DNA of 64,000 nt from Lama guanicoe. Its lineage: Eukaryota. The notes under the pieces are model-generated. The model was not told the origin of the DNA. It saw nothing but the letters and a program-made list of their open reading frames with translations, and made no database searches. Made by a program: the position numbers and the translations under genes. This document shows, piece after piece, positions 48,941 to 63,820 of the stretch (positions within the stretch are counted from its first letter, which is position 1; each line of letters starts with the position of its first letter). The stretch covers positions 1,674,001-1,738,000 of the forward strand of contig MU054323.1 of assembly GCA_013239625.1 (NCBI GenBank). Reading direction: 5' to 3'.

Positions 48941-51900
48941 AACCACATCCTTTTTGGAATAGAGTCCCATCTCCTGGGCTCACCCCTACCTTTCTTCCAT
49001 CTAGAGAGCAAGGACGTGGCAGGTTTTTCTGCTCTCTGCCAAGCCATTCTCCATCCAGGTGGCCAAAAGGAGTTTCTGTTCTACCAGGACATTCTATATT
49101 GTTTCACCTGGGTGGTTTAACCCTCACCCCACCAACTACCACATTTTTAAGTGTTCCTTTGTGAATTTTTTCTCAGAAGTTTTGCCTCCCAACTTCTTTC
49201 CCATTGTTTGCTTCTGAAGGAACAGAACAGGAGCATCAGCGCCCATGGGAGTTGCTCCCTAAGGGTGTCTCCCAAGGAAAACCGTCCGAGCCAGAGGAGA
49301 GCACACAGCAGATGGGGGACAGGCAGAGCCTCTGCCCTTGGCGGCATCATCGGTTACGAGGATGACCTGCGCTGGAATTGCTGGGTCTCCTCACTGCTGC
49401 CACGTGGAAAGAATGTTACGGACAGTTGGGAACTGTGGGCCCAGGAATAAGCATGGGTCCTGCCAGGGTGACCTGTCACTCGAATATGAAGGAAAACGGG
49501 GCCAGGGGAGGAGAGCATAGTGGTGTGGGGCCCGTGTGCATGGGGGAGGGAGAGAGGAATCAATGCCTGAAGGTTTTTCTGGGAAACTTTTTGGATGTTG
49601 AGATGTGTAAAAACCCTGCACTGGTGCCCCGCTTTAAAGACCTACATCATTTTCTTTAATGCGATTATGTTTCCTTTGCACGTGACTCCCTGCGGAGGCT
49701 GGGCTGTGTGGGGCTCCCCAGGATTCATTAAAGTTAAATGTTGACTCCAAAGCCTCTTGTCTTTGGTCTTCGGTCAGCGCTTCCTTCGTTTGAGTTTTGC
49801 TGTTTCATTTTCCCTGGTTTCCTCTTAGATCTACAGTGAAGATAGTTTATGGTTTCCTTTCTAACTTGCCATCTTGCTCTAGGACCCAGGAAAAGTAAAA
49901 TGGGGCCTGTAGAAAAACACAAGCAAGAGGAAGGCAATTTTGTTCTTTATGTAGGAATTCAAGCTTTAAAATGGAAAAAAGTTTCCTTGAGTAATGCTTT
50001 AATGAGGAAATGGGAAATATTATTTCACCCAAGTTTTCCTATGTTACACCTAATAAGCAAACTAATATTTATTAAAATTATAAAATATAATACTTCCTAT
50101 GTTATGTTTTTATAAGCAGTTAGCTTGAGGAACACTTCCTTACCGTTGGCCTGGTATTTGAGATCATGTGCCTTGAATGCTATTAAAGAAAACCTGTTCT
50201 AATGAGCAGAGAGGCCATGGAAGACTTGGAAGAATTTAGGATGCAGACTAGGGATGAACCCGGGAGTTCCTGCATTTTGCTGGGTCCTTGCCTCCTGCCC
50301 TCTGCACCACACTTCCTCTCTTTGTGCGATGCACCCATCAGAAGAGCCACCATGAATTTCAATTAACGTTTCCTTCGAGATCTAAGACAATCCCTTTGTT
50401 AGCTTCCTGGCCCCCATTTCTCACCATCATTTTAAGCTATTTGTTTAATTTCAGGGCTGACTGGTCGCCGGAAATGTTGTTTGCACTAAAGCAAGTAATT
50501 TCAAGCATCGACATTTAATAATTATCGAATTCTTCCATTCAGAAAAATCTCCCTAGGACATGATTATGCGATTAGGAGATAGCGGCTTTAGAGAAGCTGA
50601 CGTTATAAAGCCATGTGCTTGTGGGAGTGGGGCTATCCTCAGGAGGGGTTTAGAGAGGGGTGTGAATATTTTGTCACCTGGTGCTTTAAATCTGACTTCG
50701 TCCCCTCCGTCTACATGACAGTCATACATTCAGTTCCAGTTAGTGACTTTGGTGGAACTCTGAGATCGCTTTGTTTTCTTTTGGTGCTTAACAATTTACG
50801 GAAATTTTTCCCATGTGGATTTCATCCTATGTCAGGTAGACTGAGAAAGGGTGGTAAACTTTCATCATTTCACTATTCTCCCTGGCTCATACTAGTACTA
50901 ACTGGTTTATCTAGACAATTATTGGCAACTCGTCAGTCACCAACCACTTCCCTGTTTTGATTCCTTCCTTCTGCAAATCTTACATAAGCAACAGAGAGAA
51001 TCTCTTTTGGTTTTGGAGGTTTGCCTGATTAACAAGTTTATTGAGCCATATAATTTTTGCTTCTTTATGCACATTTCCTTTCTCCAAATCCTCTGGTGGC
51101 AAAGATTGTCTTTCTTCTGGGAAACACCTTCATGTGCTCTCTGTTGGAGCTAATGCTTCCACTTGTCAGTCACAGGAGCGGGCAACGCCCCAGGCCTTTC
51201 AGGGTCCTCCTGAGTCTTTTGTAAAAATTCAAATTTGAGTTTCCTATATTTTACCTGGCAATGCTCGTCTCATCAAATAACCATATTTTAGGAATGTACT
51301 TAGACTAATGTGAGATTTCTAAAGTTAGGAAAGCATCCTACATGAATATCATTCGTACCTATGGTATAAAATTTAAATTTAACTGAGTATCCTGTATTTT
51401 CATTTGCTGCCTATATGTCCTGCCCACCTCGGGCATCTTCCTAATTTGATGATACAGCACCTACATTCTAGTATCCAAGAGTCATCTTATTTTTCTGATC
51501 CGTGGTCAAAGACGCAACATCTGGGTTCAAGCCTCCTCAATGGACACCCGTCTCTCTCAGGTGTCTGAAGGCAAGGGACATTACTGTTAATAAAGCACTA
51601 TTCCCTGGCTCATGTGGGAGGGAGGAGAGAACTCAGGAGAACTAACATTTACCAATGGTCTCTCACTTGTTAAACTTTGGGGAGAAGCTTTGTACTCAGT
51701 GACTCATTTAATCTTGTGACAGCCATGTGAAATAGACAGATCCCATCCATCCCCATTTTAAAAATAAGGGAATTGAGACCCAGAGAGGCACAGAGTTTTG
51801 TTCGTTCATTTTTGACCGAGTCTTGTTTATTTTAGAAGCATAAACAGAGGAACTAGAGAGGAGTGATGAGAACAGGACACCAGTCCCCTTGACAGGGCCC

Positions 51901-52384
51901 CATCCAGACAGGCTCTGTCTGTGTCTGTGCTCAAGGCTGACCAGCAGCAGAGACCTGACTTTTCCTGTGAGGACAGGGTGTGCGGACAATCTGGGCGGAG
52001 GTGAATCTTCCATGTGGTTGGGAGTGGGGTAAATTGTCTCTGAGTCCCTCTAATCCATGTGAAGAAGACCAAAGGACCCAAACAAACGCCCTTGGCCAAG
52101 AGCACCCCAGGCTGGCTCTGTCTGTGCCTGGAAGAGGTTAAGTAATTTGCCCCAAAACTTATATCTTGAAAGTAGTACCAGATTCAACTGACCCCAAGCC
52201 CATATTGTTTCCATAGGTTCAGTTTCTCGGGGAGAAGACAGTTTGTAGTACCTTTAGCAGAGTGGGACTTTCCCGGGGCACTGAGATGAGAGCCAGCAGA
52301 AAGCTGTAACTGCCAGTGTCCAGCTCTGGACCAGAGGATCTGAGACCTCTACCCACACCTTGCTGAATGGACGGATAAAGCAGA

Positions 52385-52905
52385 TGGATCTCAAACATAT
52401 GAAAAATGTTTAAACTCACTCACAATTAGAGAAATGTATATTAAAGCATCACAAGATACCATTTCTCACCTATCAGATTTGCAAGGATTAAAAAGGTTAA
52501 TTAAGCAATGTGCTGGTAAGTCTATGGGAAAGACTTTCTGCTCTACACTGCTGGTGGGAATGCCAACTGGTACAACTCATCTGGAGAGGAATTCGGTAAC
52601 ACTTGTCAGAACTATAAATGCATTTACCTTTCGACACAGCAATCCTGCTTCTTGGAATCTACCCTGAAGACCTATCTCAACAGTATGAAAATACACATGC
52701 ACCAGTTTCTTCATTCCAGCATTATTTACAATCATAACATACCGGTTATAGTTTAGTTAACAGCATTGCACCAATGTTAATTTTCTGGGTTTATAATTTT
52801 ATGATTTTGCTATGGTTATGTAAGGTGTTAACATTAGGGCAAGCTGGGTGAAGGGTCCTATTCTGTACTGTTTTTACAAGTCTAAAATTACATCAGAATA
52901 AAAAG
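52385..52905 (+). mobile_element. Old L1 (L1MC/MD-like) ORF2 3' relic and 3' end
   Basis: aaacatatgaaaaatgtttaaactcactcacaattagagaaatg...agataccatttctcacctatcagatt...cagcaatcctgcttcttggaatctaccctgaag...aatgttaattttctggg...aagctgggtgaaggg. Confidence 0.75.
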
Positions 52906-53849
52906 TCAGAACTTCAACAAGGAAGCAGATTTCTCATCACCTCGTGTGGGGCATGAGGTCAGGACTGGATCAGCAGTGAAGAATCAGAGCTGCCCAAGTG
53001 CCTCGTCTTTGGGTCCGGTGCATCCTGGAGAAGCGGACAGGGCTGACCATGCAGGCAGGTGGTCATGAGAGAGAGTGGAGGGTGGAGACGGTCATCGGCC
53101 ATGTCCTTGCTGAGACTCTGTGGAACAGCACACGCTGGTAGGAGAAAAACTGAGGACAGCTTGCCTGCCCAGACCACGCCACTATCTAATGTTCAAGTCA
53201 AGTCGCTGAAGGATGTCCTTGGAAACAGTTTCATTATTTTAAAGTCTCATCTCATGTGTGTGAGAGATTTACTGTCCTCTCCCAGACACTGGTTATTTGT
53301 ATTGTATATTCAAACACCTTGAACTATTAAGGCGATATGCAGCTGTCTCTTTATGTGACACTTTCAGTCCTACAGAGAGAAGGGCTATGAATTGCTTAAG
53401 ATGAGGAATCAGTTCTTTCTTCCAAATGACTTGCTCAAAAATGCAGGGCTCTTGTTTTTAAAAGGTGGTAAAGTTGACAAATGACTCAGAGTGTCCTTAA
53501 GATGACTTGGGTGTTTCCGAACATTCTTTATCTTTTCTAATTTATGCTTTATAGTAAAATAGAGATTAGCTGATTTTATTTGCTCTTCTAAATTATTTTG
53601 TCAGAGCTGGGCTTTGGGCTTCAGGATTACCTCACCAAAACATTAATCCCGTAATCCTGTGGAAAGAGGGTGAATTAATGGGTGTATAGGGAATGTTTTA
53701 ATGATGCAGCTCCCCTAAATCTGTGTTCACTCTGCTGCCAGCTTCCTGGGGTCAACACCGAGGCAGGGAAAGCACAGCCCTGTCATGGGTCCTTACTTTC
53801 TGTGTCAGGGAGCATCTCCACGGGGCCTCCTACTTTGAGCACCAGCATG

Positions 53850-54000
53850 AACTGGATACCATGCTGAGGCTGATACATCACTTAATAACCCCAGTAATGA
53901 TGTTAAGGCTCAGAGAAGTTAAGTGTCTTCCTGAAGGTCACAAGGCTAATACATAGTGGAGCTGGAGTTTGAATCTGTCTGTCTCCCAAGTCCATAGATT
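53850..54000 (-). mobile_element. MIR SINE
   Basis: aggctcagagaagttaagtgtcttcctgaaggtcacaaggcta...tggagctggagtttgaat. Confidence 0.75.
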
Positions 54001-55329
54001 TTTTTTAGTAAGCATGTTACCAGGTAGGGGAAGACCAGCTTGGCCAACTCTGCCACCCTACTGAGGCCTGGCTCTGCCCACATGTATGGGGAAAAATAAT
54101 GGGGTGCCCCATATCAGAAGGGGCACCTCATTTCTGTTCTGAAAATGGCAGCGTCTGTCCATTGTTCCCATTCAAGCTCTAGAATATTTCCCCAGCATCC
54201 AAGTCATTTGGAAAGAAGCCTTATTTGCCAATTAAGAGTGTCCTACACGGGAGACCTCAGAGCAAACCCAGCCTTACCACCTTCTGACACTAGAGCCTCA
54301 TGACTCTGTCACACCAGGGTGGGGGATGCCAAGGACCTCCCTCCTTCCTTTTCAAGGGAAGGTCCCATTTGTGTTTTGAAAAGAGCACAGGTTTGGAGTC
54401 ACACCAGACTGTGAACACTGTCCCACCACTGTGTTTTCTTGGATAAACAAATCACCTCTCCATATTGTAGTCTTCTTTTCTATAAAGCAGGGATGGCAGG
54501 CAATACTTTTCACAGAATTATCGTCTGCATTTAATGACACAACAGAGAAAACATCTAATACATAGTAGGCACTGAGTAAATGTTAATTATTTAGACAAGC
54601 ACTGTGAATTCTCAGCATTTCCCCCATCTTTTCCCTCCACAGTGCTCGGTTTATTTCCAACAAAGAAGAATAAAGTTGCAAAGCCTGCTCCTCTCAGAAT
54701 TATTTTTATTTCTAGAGGACAGAAACTCTGCCAAGGAGGAAAATGCGAGTCCTCCCAGGCTTTTGTGAAGGTTTTATTTGTATGCACAAGCAAGCAAGTC
54801 TTCTTTGTTCTGAAGATGAATTTCATTCTAATGGTGCCAATGAATCTTTTAAAATTTCAGAATTGCCATTCCTAGCATGTTCCAAACTGAAAGATAACAA
54901 CAGAATTAGGTGGCCAGTTCAGATTGGATTTGGAGATGGATGTGCATTTGAAAACGCTTCAGCAGCTCCCTGAGTCATCTCAGTTCACTGAGATGAGCAG
55001 CTGAGCTAGATCCTGGAGTCAGCCACATCAGCCCAGCCCCGGCCTGCCAGTGGTACCCAGGAAGATCCGATGGTACAAGTCAGGCCTCAGAGGGTGCTGA
55101 GCTGTGTATCCCTCCCACCTCCCTAGCCCTTACAATTTACAAAACATTTTTCCATTTATCATTTTCTGTAGTTCTTTCAAAAATTCTTGAGAACAGATAA
55201 GGCCAAGACTATAGATCTCACCTTATAGATGAAGAAATTGAGGTTGTGACTCTGTAAACCAAAGAGATCCTTGGGAACAGGTATTATTTTTTACTGAAAT
55301 TTATCTTTTCGAAGCCTTATGAATTTAAA

Positions 55330-56330
55330 AAGACCCATATTAAGGCAAATCATTGTCTCGGAACATTGTGGATGAAGGGAAACCTCTCAAAGTTTCAGAA
55401 AAAGAATAAAGCAATTCACATAAAAGAGAACAAGAATGAAAAACCGCGTCTTCGATAGTAATGGGAAACCAGAAGATTATGTGGTAATAATGGCGACATT
55501 TTGAGAAAATATGACTTCCAGTCCAGAACTCTATATCCAGCCAAAAAAAAAAACTATTAAGTATGAGGGCAAAAATAAAGATATTTTTCACCGTGAAAGG
55601 TCTGATACTTTCATTTCCCATGCATCTTTTATTAAGAAGCTACAGATACACCTGCTAAAATGAGGGAGTAAACCATGGAGACAGAAAGAACCATGGAGAT
55701 GGAAAGATTCAGGAAACAGGACTCTACAGCAAGAGACGTGAAGGCTATTTCCAAAACGTTGATGTAGGGAAACTCAGGCAGCAGGCAGAAAAGCAGCCAC
55801 CAAGATGGAGCAGGAGAGAGGCATCCGGGATGAGTATCTCCAAAGGGTGTGTGTGTCTGTGTGCGCGCGTGCACACGTGCACACGCTGATAGACCATCTA
55901 ATAATGCATTTGTGATGGAGAACATTATCACCTTATGGTTGGCATACATGATAAAAATTGTATAATAGGTACATAAAAAAAACTGAGATATTAAAAAGCT
56001 GAAGCAATTCTTTTTTTTTTCCAGGAAAAATAAATTCTGTGAAAAAGGAAATAGACTCAGGGTGAACTTTATGTCTCAGCTGTGAGTCACATTCCCACGG
56101 TCATAGTTGTGTCAATACTGAACATTAATTTGGCGGAAAATGTAATAAACATATTATGATCACGGGGAGAGGGTGCGTGTGAGTGTGCATGTGTGCGTGC
56201 ATGTGCGTATATGGTGCTGGTTTAAGACAAACTTCATTTTCCACAGTGATAAGTCAATAGATGATGTTTAAAATCGACAATCAGGAAGTAGCCGTATAAG
56301 CATGTTATTCAGTCAAGTATGGTATCAAAT
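55330..56330 (+). mobile_element. HAL1 or ancient L1 ORF1-region relic
   Basis: ccagaactctatatccagccaaa...ctattaagtatgagggcaaaaataaagatatttt is a decayed version of the L1 ORF1 'RILYPAKLSF..EG.IK.F' coding motif; A-rich on the + strand. Confidence 0.55.
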
Positions 56331-56505
56331 ACAAGAGAGAACTAAGAATGAAAAGAGGCTGATTTTGAGCAGTGAGACTCAGGGCGGGGCAACAGGGCCA
56401 AGGATGCTCTGGCCCCTCCCCTTGCTTTCTTTCTATTTCACTTTGAACAGTTCTATGCTGATCAGATAAAATACAGAACCTTATGTTGAGGTCCTGGAAT
56501 GACAA

Positions 56506-56534
56506 AAGTGAAGTGAAGTGAAGTGAAGTGAAGT
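56506..56534. repeat. (AAGTG)n pentanucleotide microsatellite
   Basis: aagtgaagtgaagtgaagtgaagtgaagt. Confidence 0.9.
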
Positions 56535-59500
56535 CCATAATAACAAACTTTCTCCCTCATTATTCGAATTCTTACTAAGCCCCAGAAGTACTGGCTCCTT
56601 TAGAGTGCTGAGGCCTGTTCCTGAAGCAGGAATCAGAGACGAGATTTGACAGGAAGGAGATGAAAGTAACCACAGACTAGTTCTGTCCATAAACCAGTCC
56701 TCGGCTCAACTTGATGCACCATGGAAAACTTGCCACATCCGTCACGGAGATGTTTATTTTGGCTTGGCCTCCTTACAAGGAGTTTACGTAATATTTGTCT
56801 TTTTAACGATGATCCTGAATTGAAATCAGGGAGGAAGTGGATGATGCCTTGGGGGATTTTTCTTTGCCCTGGGAACTGAGCTCAGAGGGAGCACATTGTT
56901 GGTATTTGGATATATTTCGAGCCGACTTTCTGTCTCTCCTTTGCCTCCGTTCATCCATTATTGATTGATGTCCACCAAATGAGGCTTCCTTAGAATCAAA
57001 GTATTTACTCTCTTTTCCCAACTCTCCCTTCCCCTCGCCTTCTCTTTTCTGTACGCCAGCATCTTTTTCTACCAGCGAGCGACTGAAGTCCTTGCTCTTC
57101 TGAAACCACAAGCCATGGGTCCCGGACATCTCCAGCTGAGTGGCCAGGTGGGTGAAGCCATTGGCTGCAGGGACATTTTCATGCAGTGGGATGTGGTTGC
57201 ATTGAGATACAGTAACTTTGGCTCTAAATAGACTCTAAATCCACCTGGTTCTTCAGGCAAAGAGGCTTTATTTTTGAGTGATTAATGCTAAGGTATGTAT
57301 TGTCTGACCGGTTAATTGAAAAATGTCTTCCTGTTCTCAGTTGGCTGTTGCTTGCCACAGACAAATGATGATACACTTGACAAACTTCTCGCGAGTTTTG
57401 TGTCCCCGCTCAGCTCTAAATATTTAAAGCCATCTGTTTTCTCTTCGGCATGCCCTGAAGTGAGCTTCTGAATGCAGCATGTCTTGTTCCCTATGAACAC
57501 TATCCAAGCTTTTCAGAGTGTTGAATAAAAGAATGGACAGTAGTAGGCCTGGGCTGCATCTGGCTGTTGGAGTCAGTATGCTTATTTATCTGTAAATCCT
57601 CTGAGGAGTAGCCAGTAGGAACGTCGGTCATTTTTCTGTTTCTCCCCAGGAATACTTCAGTCAAGTTTGAAAAAGGCTTATTGGTAGGAAAACTTATATT
57701 TGCAAAGGTCTTTGGTGCCATTGAGACAGAGGCGTAAAGGATGCTTAAAAGAATGACAGTGGGTAAATGTCATATCTCAGATTCCTGATCAGGGTCCTCC
57801 TCCCTTTTGGGGGCACAGTGTCCACTGAAAGCCTCTGCTGTTCCCACAGTCACATGGTTGGAACTTCATGAATGATTTTGTGGCGTGCGAATTGAGGCTA
57901 GCTGAAGAACGTAGGAAACTACGTTGTAAAGCTCTCTGAGTCCTCGGAGTTTACAATCTGCCTTCAGAAGACCTAGGTTCCTAGCCCAATGCGGTCACTT
58001 TTCTAGTCCAGTGACCTTAACTCGGAACCTCAATTCCTTTATCTGCAAATAGCGATGATTCTAGTTACCATTTGTGAATAGTGAATACATTGATGCATGA
58101 CAAAAGTTTACATCCATATGTTATTAATTTAGTCTTAACAATGTAAGTGATGAATGGAAATAATCTTTTGCTTTCTGTTATTAAGATACTATGATGGCTT
58201 TATGTTTATAGTTCAGCACGAAAAATTAGGAATTATTTGATACTTGAGTAACACCAGCTGAAATAAAGTGACTGTATTCTGTGTATGTAATATGAACACA
58301 AAGTGTTTTTAGCTGAGGGGGAAGTTTGATTGAAGTACAAATAAATGCAAGTCTTAAGTAATTTAGGTTACATTGATATCTTCTGTTCCCCAAAAGTTAT
58401 TCTTCACACTAAAAAATTTTTGGAGTGAACAGAGAGGGAAGGCAGGAAGAGAAGAAAGAAAATAAAAAGGGGATGAAAAGAAAGATTTTTTTTTCTAGAT
58501 TTCTCTATTTGCAGATGAGAAGCTCTTGAGAGAAGGCTATACAAAGTTGTGCAGATGGGGAGAAAAATTGGGAATTATAACAAGTGAAGAGTGGAATTAC
58601 TTTAGGAATCCTTTTTGCAGGCTGACCTCCACAAGGCATATCTTACAGACTGGCCCCTGTGGTTCACAGCTTTAATAGGCTCACAGATGAAAAGCAATGT
58701 GAGATATTTCATGTGAAGTTTTCTCTCCATCCAACCGAATACCTTCATCTTTTTTTGTCACCTCCCAATTGACTCTTGACTAATTTATCCTCTACCACCA
58801 ACCATCAGAATAATTTCTGTGAAACACAAATGTGATTATGTCAATCCCTTGTTTAAAACCCTCTCTGATGATATGGATCGCCCCTGCCCTGTTATCAGGC
58901 TGGACCCTCAGGCAAACACACATCCACAAAGCTGCCCGCCGTCTGTCCATGTGATGCTCAGGATGGCACTTCTGTCCTCCCCCGGGAAGTGGTCTTCTGT
59001 ACCCAGGAAACAACACTGATTCTCTCTCAGGAAGTTAGGAGGAAGATTTCTCAGCAAGAGGTGAGAACAGGGATGTCCTCCTGGATGATCTCTAGCCAAG
59101 GCCACATGTGATGCCAGCCAAAGTGGCAAAGGCAGCAGCCACATGCCACGTGAAATCCAGCCAATCAACTGAAAGCACCAGTGACAAAGCAAGGAGCAGG
59201 GGTGCGGTGGGAGTGTCTGCCCTGATGAGGAGCCCTGCTTCATCACTGCCGCTGTCTGAAATCCCCAGTATACGACAGCACTTGGATTTACTATTGTTTA
59301 AAAATTCTTTGCAACAAAGCACCCTCTACTGCCTTCGTAGACTACTGCACCCAGGCAAGCAGCCCCCTCGCCCCACGTCCTCACCCACCGCGGGGCAGCA
59401 CCACTCCCTCCCTTTTCTTTTGCTAGAGATTGAAGAGCAAGTGCATCGCTGACTGATGCGGAAGTGCCTGGTGATCGATGGAGTGGCGGCCTCCCAGGGA

Positions 59501-60489
59501 TGTAGAAGCCACAATCTGAAGGCACTCATAGCCTGCTTGGAGTCTCCAAGGTCAGACTCCACAGGTCCACGCACAGTAAGACCAGTGGAGCAATTCCATT
59601 TCTTGGACTTTGAAGACTGGGCAGTGACCCCAGACAGATGAGACGTTCCTGACAGAAGCAGCAGCGCGGGGGCTATTCGCACAGGTGCAGTTGGGACGTT
59701 AACTTTGGCTGGCTTATCTCCATTCACTTTCCGAACCTGGGATTGTTTTCTAAGGACTTACAGCCATGGGATACTATTCCTTCCAAGGGAGGGTCTGTCG
59801 ATTTCTTTAGATCCTGAATTTGTTACACTTTAGAGGTGCTTTATAAAGTTTTTTTTTTTTCATGTGTAACTGTCTTAGTTATGCTAAACCCTGATGAATT
59901 TTGATTTGAAGTAAAAACTCTCAGCTTGCTTTACAGGGGCAGGTATTTACTATTGCGACTTGTTTCCAGCAAAGTCTTAAAGAATAAGTGTTGATTCACA
60001 CGGACAGAGAGGAGAGAACTGGTCAAGTACTAAAACGAACGTTATCAGCACCTGGGCAGAAACAAGAAAGGAAGGGTCTGGCTTGGAGTGGAGGCCAGAG
60101 CTTTTGATTGAACTCCTTTCTGGGCCCCATAATGGGCACAGCTTCCCATCACTTGCAAGATAATTTGTGCTCCTAAATGTGGCAGACAGCAGCTTGGAAC
60201 CCTGCCTACCTCTTCCATGCCATCTTTCTATGTTGTCCCCTGCCTGTATCCTATCTCTGTACTCCAGGCACCTGAAGCAGCCAGTTCCTGAATGTGACAC
60301 ACTCTTTCATGCCTCTGTGCCTTTATGTACTCATTCTCCTCCCTAAGAAGTCCATTTTTCTTCTTTCTCCATCTTTCAACACTCATCTTCAAGAATGAGC
60401 AAATTCTTTCTCCCATGGACGATTCTCTGATTCCATTCCCAGTCACATCCCAAGCTGAAGTAATTGTTTCCTCATCTGGGATGTTGTTC

Positions 60490-60690
60490 TGGAGTTGGAA
60501 TGCCAAGTTTGACTCATGTCTCCGCCACTTAATGCTGTGTGACCTTGGACAAGTTACTTAATCTCTCTGTGCTTCACATCCCTTGATTCTATCATGGGGA
60601 TAAAAACAATAATATTATCTTATAAAATTAAAATGAGGATAAAGGTCTAAGAAGGTTTCCTGGAATCACATAATAACTTAATGTGTTACT
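60490..60690 (+). mobile_element. MIR SINE
   Basis: ccacttaatgctgtgtgaccttggacaagttacttaatctctctgtgcttca. Confidence 0.8.
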
Positions 60691-62384
60691 TATTTATTAT
60701 TTTTATTATAATTTATTATTACTGCTACCATTATCACCATATATATACTTCTCTTATGCTTTCGTTCACACCAGTTTTATTCACATGGTTATTATTGCTG
60801 ATGTCAGTCTGCCTCACTGTCATCTATCTTTACTCCTGAGGGCTTAGCACAATACTTGGCATAAACTGGTGTCCAGTAAATAGTTTTGAATTTTAATTAT
60901 TTGTGTCTATGTCTTTTTTCCTTATCATCAGATTATAAACTCCTTAAAGTATGTTTTCTGCTTTATTATGTTCTTCAAGGATGCTAGCTCAGTACCTTGC
61001 ATATAATGAGCACTCAAAATCCACTGAAGAAACCAGTGAATTAATGAAGAGTGTACAAATGACTATTTAGGTATTGGCTTCTGGTGAACAGGGCGGACCA
61101 CAGGTGTCATGGGAAATGTACTCCCAGCTTGTTACATGGGACCAACTGGAGAACTGAAAGTAAATAGTTTGGTCCTCTGTTCTGTTCCATACACTTCTGC
61201 TGAAATTAAAAGGCAGTTGAGAAGTAGTTAAAGATGAGAGTCTGCCTTCTGAGGCTGAAACAGTGTGTGGATGTGGTAAGGGACAGGTTGGGGATTTGTA
61301 GATAGACTAACTTGACTAGAAAGTCCTTTGTAAAACTAAGAAAGATTCTCTACCCCATAGTCTAAAAAAATCTGTATTTCCACAAAATTAGGGCATTGTA
61401 ATCAAAGTTTCTCTGCTTCTTCAAACTGTGTGATGGAGGTTATTTGACTGGATATTTCATTATATTACATCATCAAGTTACAAATAGATTAAAGTCATAA
61501 TTTTCTTCAACTGGGGATCAGACCAAATGGAACACTTTGATCCAATTTCTAACTGAGAACAGGACATAAGTATTTCTATGGAAGTGTTTAAAATGGGTTG
61601 TTTCATATCCCAAGAGTGTGATGTGTTTTTGATCCATCCCACATCATCTTCTATTAATAACATTCTGAACTTTGGATTGATTATTTAATAGCTGTTACTA
61701 TTAAATACTATTCCTTTAAAGGGACCCTTGTTAAGCTACTTGAGCCTTGAATTTATGTTTTGTTTAAAGAGTGCCATTTAAGGTTAAGATCAAGAGATTT
61801 TGGGGGGAATGATTTAAGTTAAAAAATAAGAAAGTTACTTGAGTTCTGACATAAACTTTAAAGATTTTCCCAGGGAACTGAAACACACAGGAAAAAATGC
61901 GGGGTCATTATAAGTGGAATGTCAGCCTCTTTACTTTTCTTCTTTAAGCCGCTGGAAATGAAAAATGTAAATAGAAAGATAAATGAGGGAAGGATTTTGA
62001 AAGTTCTTCATCAGGCAGCCGAGTTGTTGCCTGAAATGGCAATGAAAATAGAGCAGATGCCTCTTGCAGGAGGCTCAACCTGCCCCATCTGCCACAGAAC
62101 CCAGCGCATGGCTTCTGGAAGCCCCTCCCCAAGACAGTTCATTCGCCATTCTCTGCTTTTGTACCTGCCACTGACTCTGGTAGCTTCCCTTCTCCCAAGC
62201 TGAAGGCATCACTCCATTAGTCACTCACTCAATCTCCATTTTCCATTCAGTTGCTGGTGTACTGTGGAATAAATACTTGCTTAAAATTGATACAACACTT
62301 ATTTCCTTACTAAGAAACTATTTTCTTGAGAACCCACAGCGTTATGCCCAGCACTGTTATAAATGCTGGAAATTCAGGGATGGG

Positions 62385-62836
62385 GACTGTCTTGGCACTT
62401 CTGGGTGCTCATAGAGCCGCTTCCTTTTCCTCCTGGGCCTATAGGTATTTTTTAGCTCACTTGCAGTCAGGTGAGACCACGTGATTAAATCCTGGCTAAT
62501 GGATTTGAGCACAATTAATGGAAGCCACTTCTAGGCTTGGCTCCTAAAATATCTTGCGTGATGTTACTCTCTCTCTTCATTTTAGCATCTCCAGCTAAAA
62601 GCAGAAGATCCGGGAAAGGACTCCAAGGCCCACGGAGTCAACTCCACTGCTAGATCACGAAGTCTGGGTGCCTGAATCACTGCGTGAAGGAGAGGCACCC
62701 GGGATAACTGCGTAGAAACATCTGCATCTGCATCGGACTGTGCGTGATCAAGAATGAACTTTAATGTTATCAAGCTACTGAGATGTCAGAGTTTAGTTAT
62801 AACTGCAGCAACTATATTATGCTCTTTGACTAATAG
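62385..62836 (+). mobile_element. MLT1 (MLT1H-like) LTR
   Basis: cttgcagtcaggtgagaccacgtga...aagccacttctaggcttggctcctaaaa...gtctgggtgcctgaatcactg...aagctactgagat...tgactaata. Confidence 0.72.
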
Positions 62837-62839
62837 AGA

Positions 62840-63820
62840 TGAGTAAGATACAGATCTTGTCTTCAAGGAGTTAATATTTTGGTTGACAGAAGCATAGAAA
62901 TAAATGATTATAAAGCAATATGATCAGTATAGCAAATAAGACATATAAGACACCATGGAAGTAGCACAGGGAGTAAGATGGGGTTGGTGGTGATAGACTT
63001 TCTATAGTTCTGTAACGAAGGAAACCCATCATTCTGTATTTCTTGCAAGTGTAGGCATGGTTGGGGAGGGTGGCTGCAGGCGGGGCAAAGGAGAGGAAGA
63101 GAGGTAGGAAAGATGAGTCGAGCATGGTGACACCCAGGCTGGAGAGGGAAGCAGATGTCACAAGTAATTCCAGAGGAAAATGACGAAGACCTTAATTAGA
63201 GCAGTAGTGGTATTGATGAACAAAAGGGAATGGATTTCAGGAGTATTTAGTACAAGAGCAGGGTGTGGTATGGACGGTGACAGAGAGAGCATTAAAACAA
63301 ATGACTCCTAAGATTTTGATCAAGTGTCTGAGTGGATGGTAGTGCCATCAACTGAAAAAAAGTCCACACATGGACTTTGTTGCAGGGTGGGAGTGGGGGT
63401 GTGGTTTAAAGGATTAACTTCCAGTACTGTGGAAAGCGAAGTGGCTAAGGACAAATGGGGAGAGATACTGAGCAGCCAGTTGGAGATGATTGTCTAGAGC
63501 TTGGGGGAAAAGCTCTGGGATGGAGGTTCAAATTTGGGAAACATTATCACAGGAGGTAGTGAAAGAGAGAGAGTGACTTTATGGAGTGAGAAAGACAGTG
63601 ACTGAGGACAAAACCCAGGGGGGCACTAAAAGTTAGGGAGACAAAATCTCATGAGACAAATTTAACCTTCCAGGGGAGTGAGAGATACTGGAAGCCCAGA
63701 GGGCAGAACAATTTTAGATATTCTGAACCAACAAAAGCAGCAGGGAGGACCAGTAAAATATCAGTGAAAGTATCTCCACTGGAACTGCTAAATCAGGATG
63801 ACTTTGGTGAAATCCGTGGC
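62840..63820 (-). mobile_element. LINE2 (L2c/d-like) degraded fragments
   Basis: cttgtcttcaaggagtt...aatgactcctaagatttt...ggatggtagtgccatcaactga...tggaggttcaaatttgggaa. Confidence 0.55.

Noticed and set aside
52264..52273. Perfect NF-kB site GGGACTTTCC
   Set aside because: A single isolated 10-mer with no supporting cluster; it cannot be distinguished from chance without ChIP data.
60044..60063. REST/NRSE-like TCAGCACC-TGGGCAG
   Set aside because: Half-site spacing is wrong and the right half is degenerate relative to TTCAGCACCNNGGACAGCGCC.
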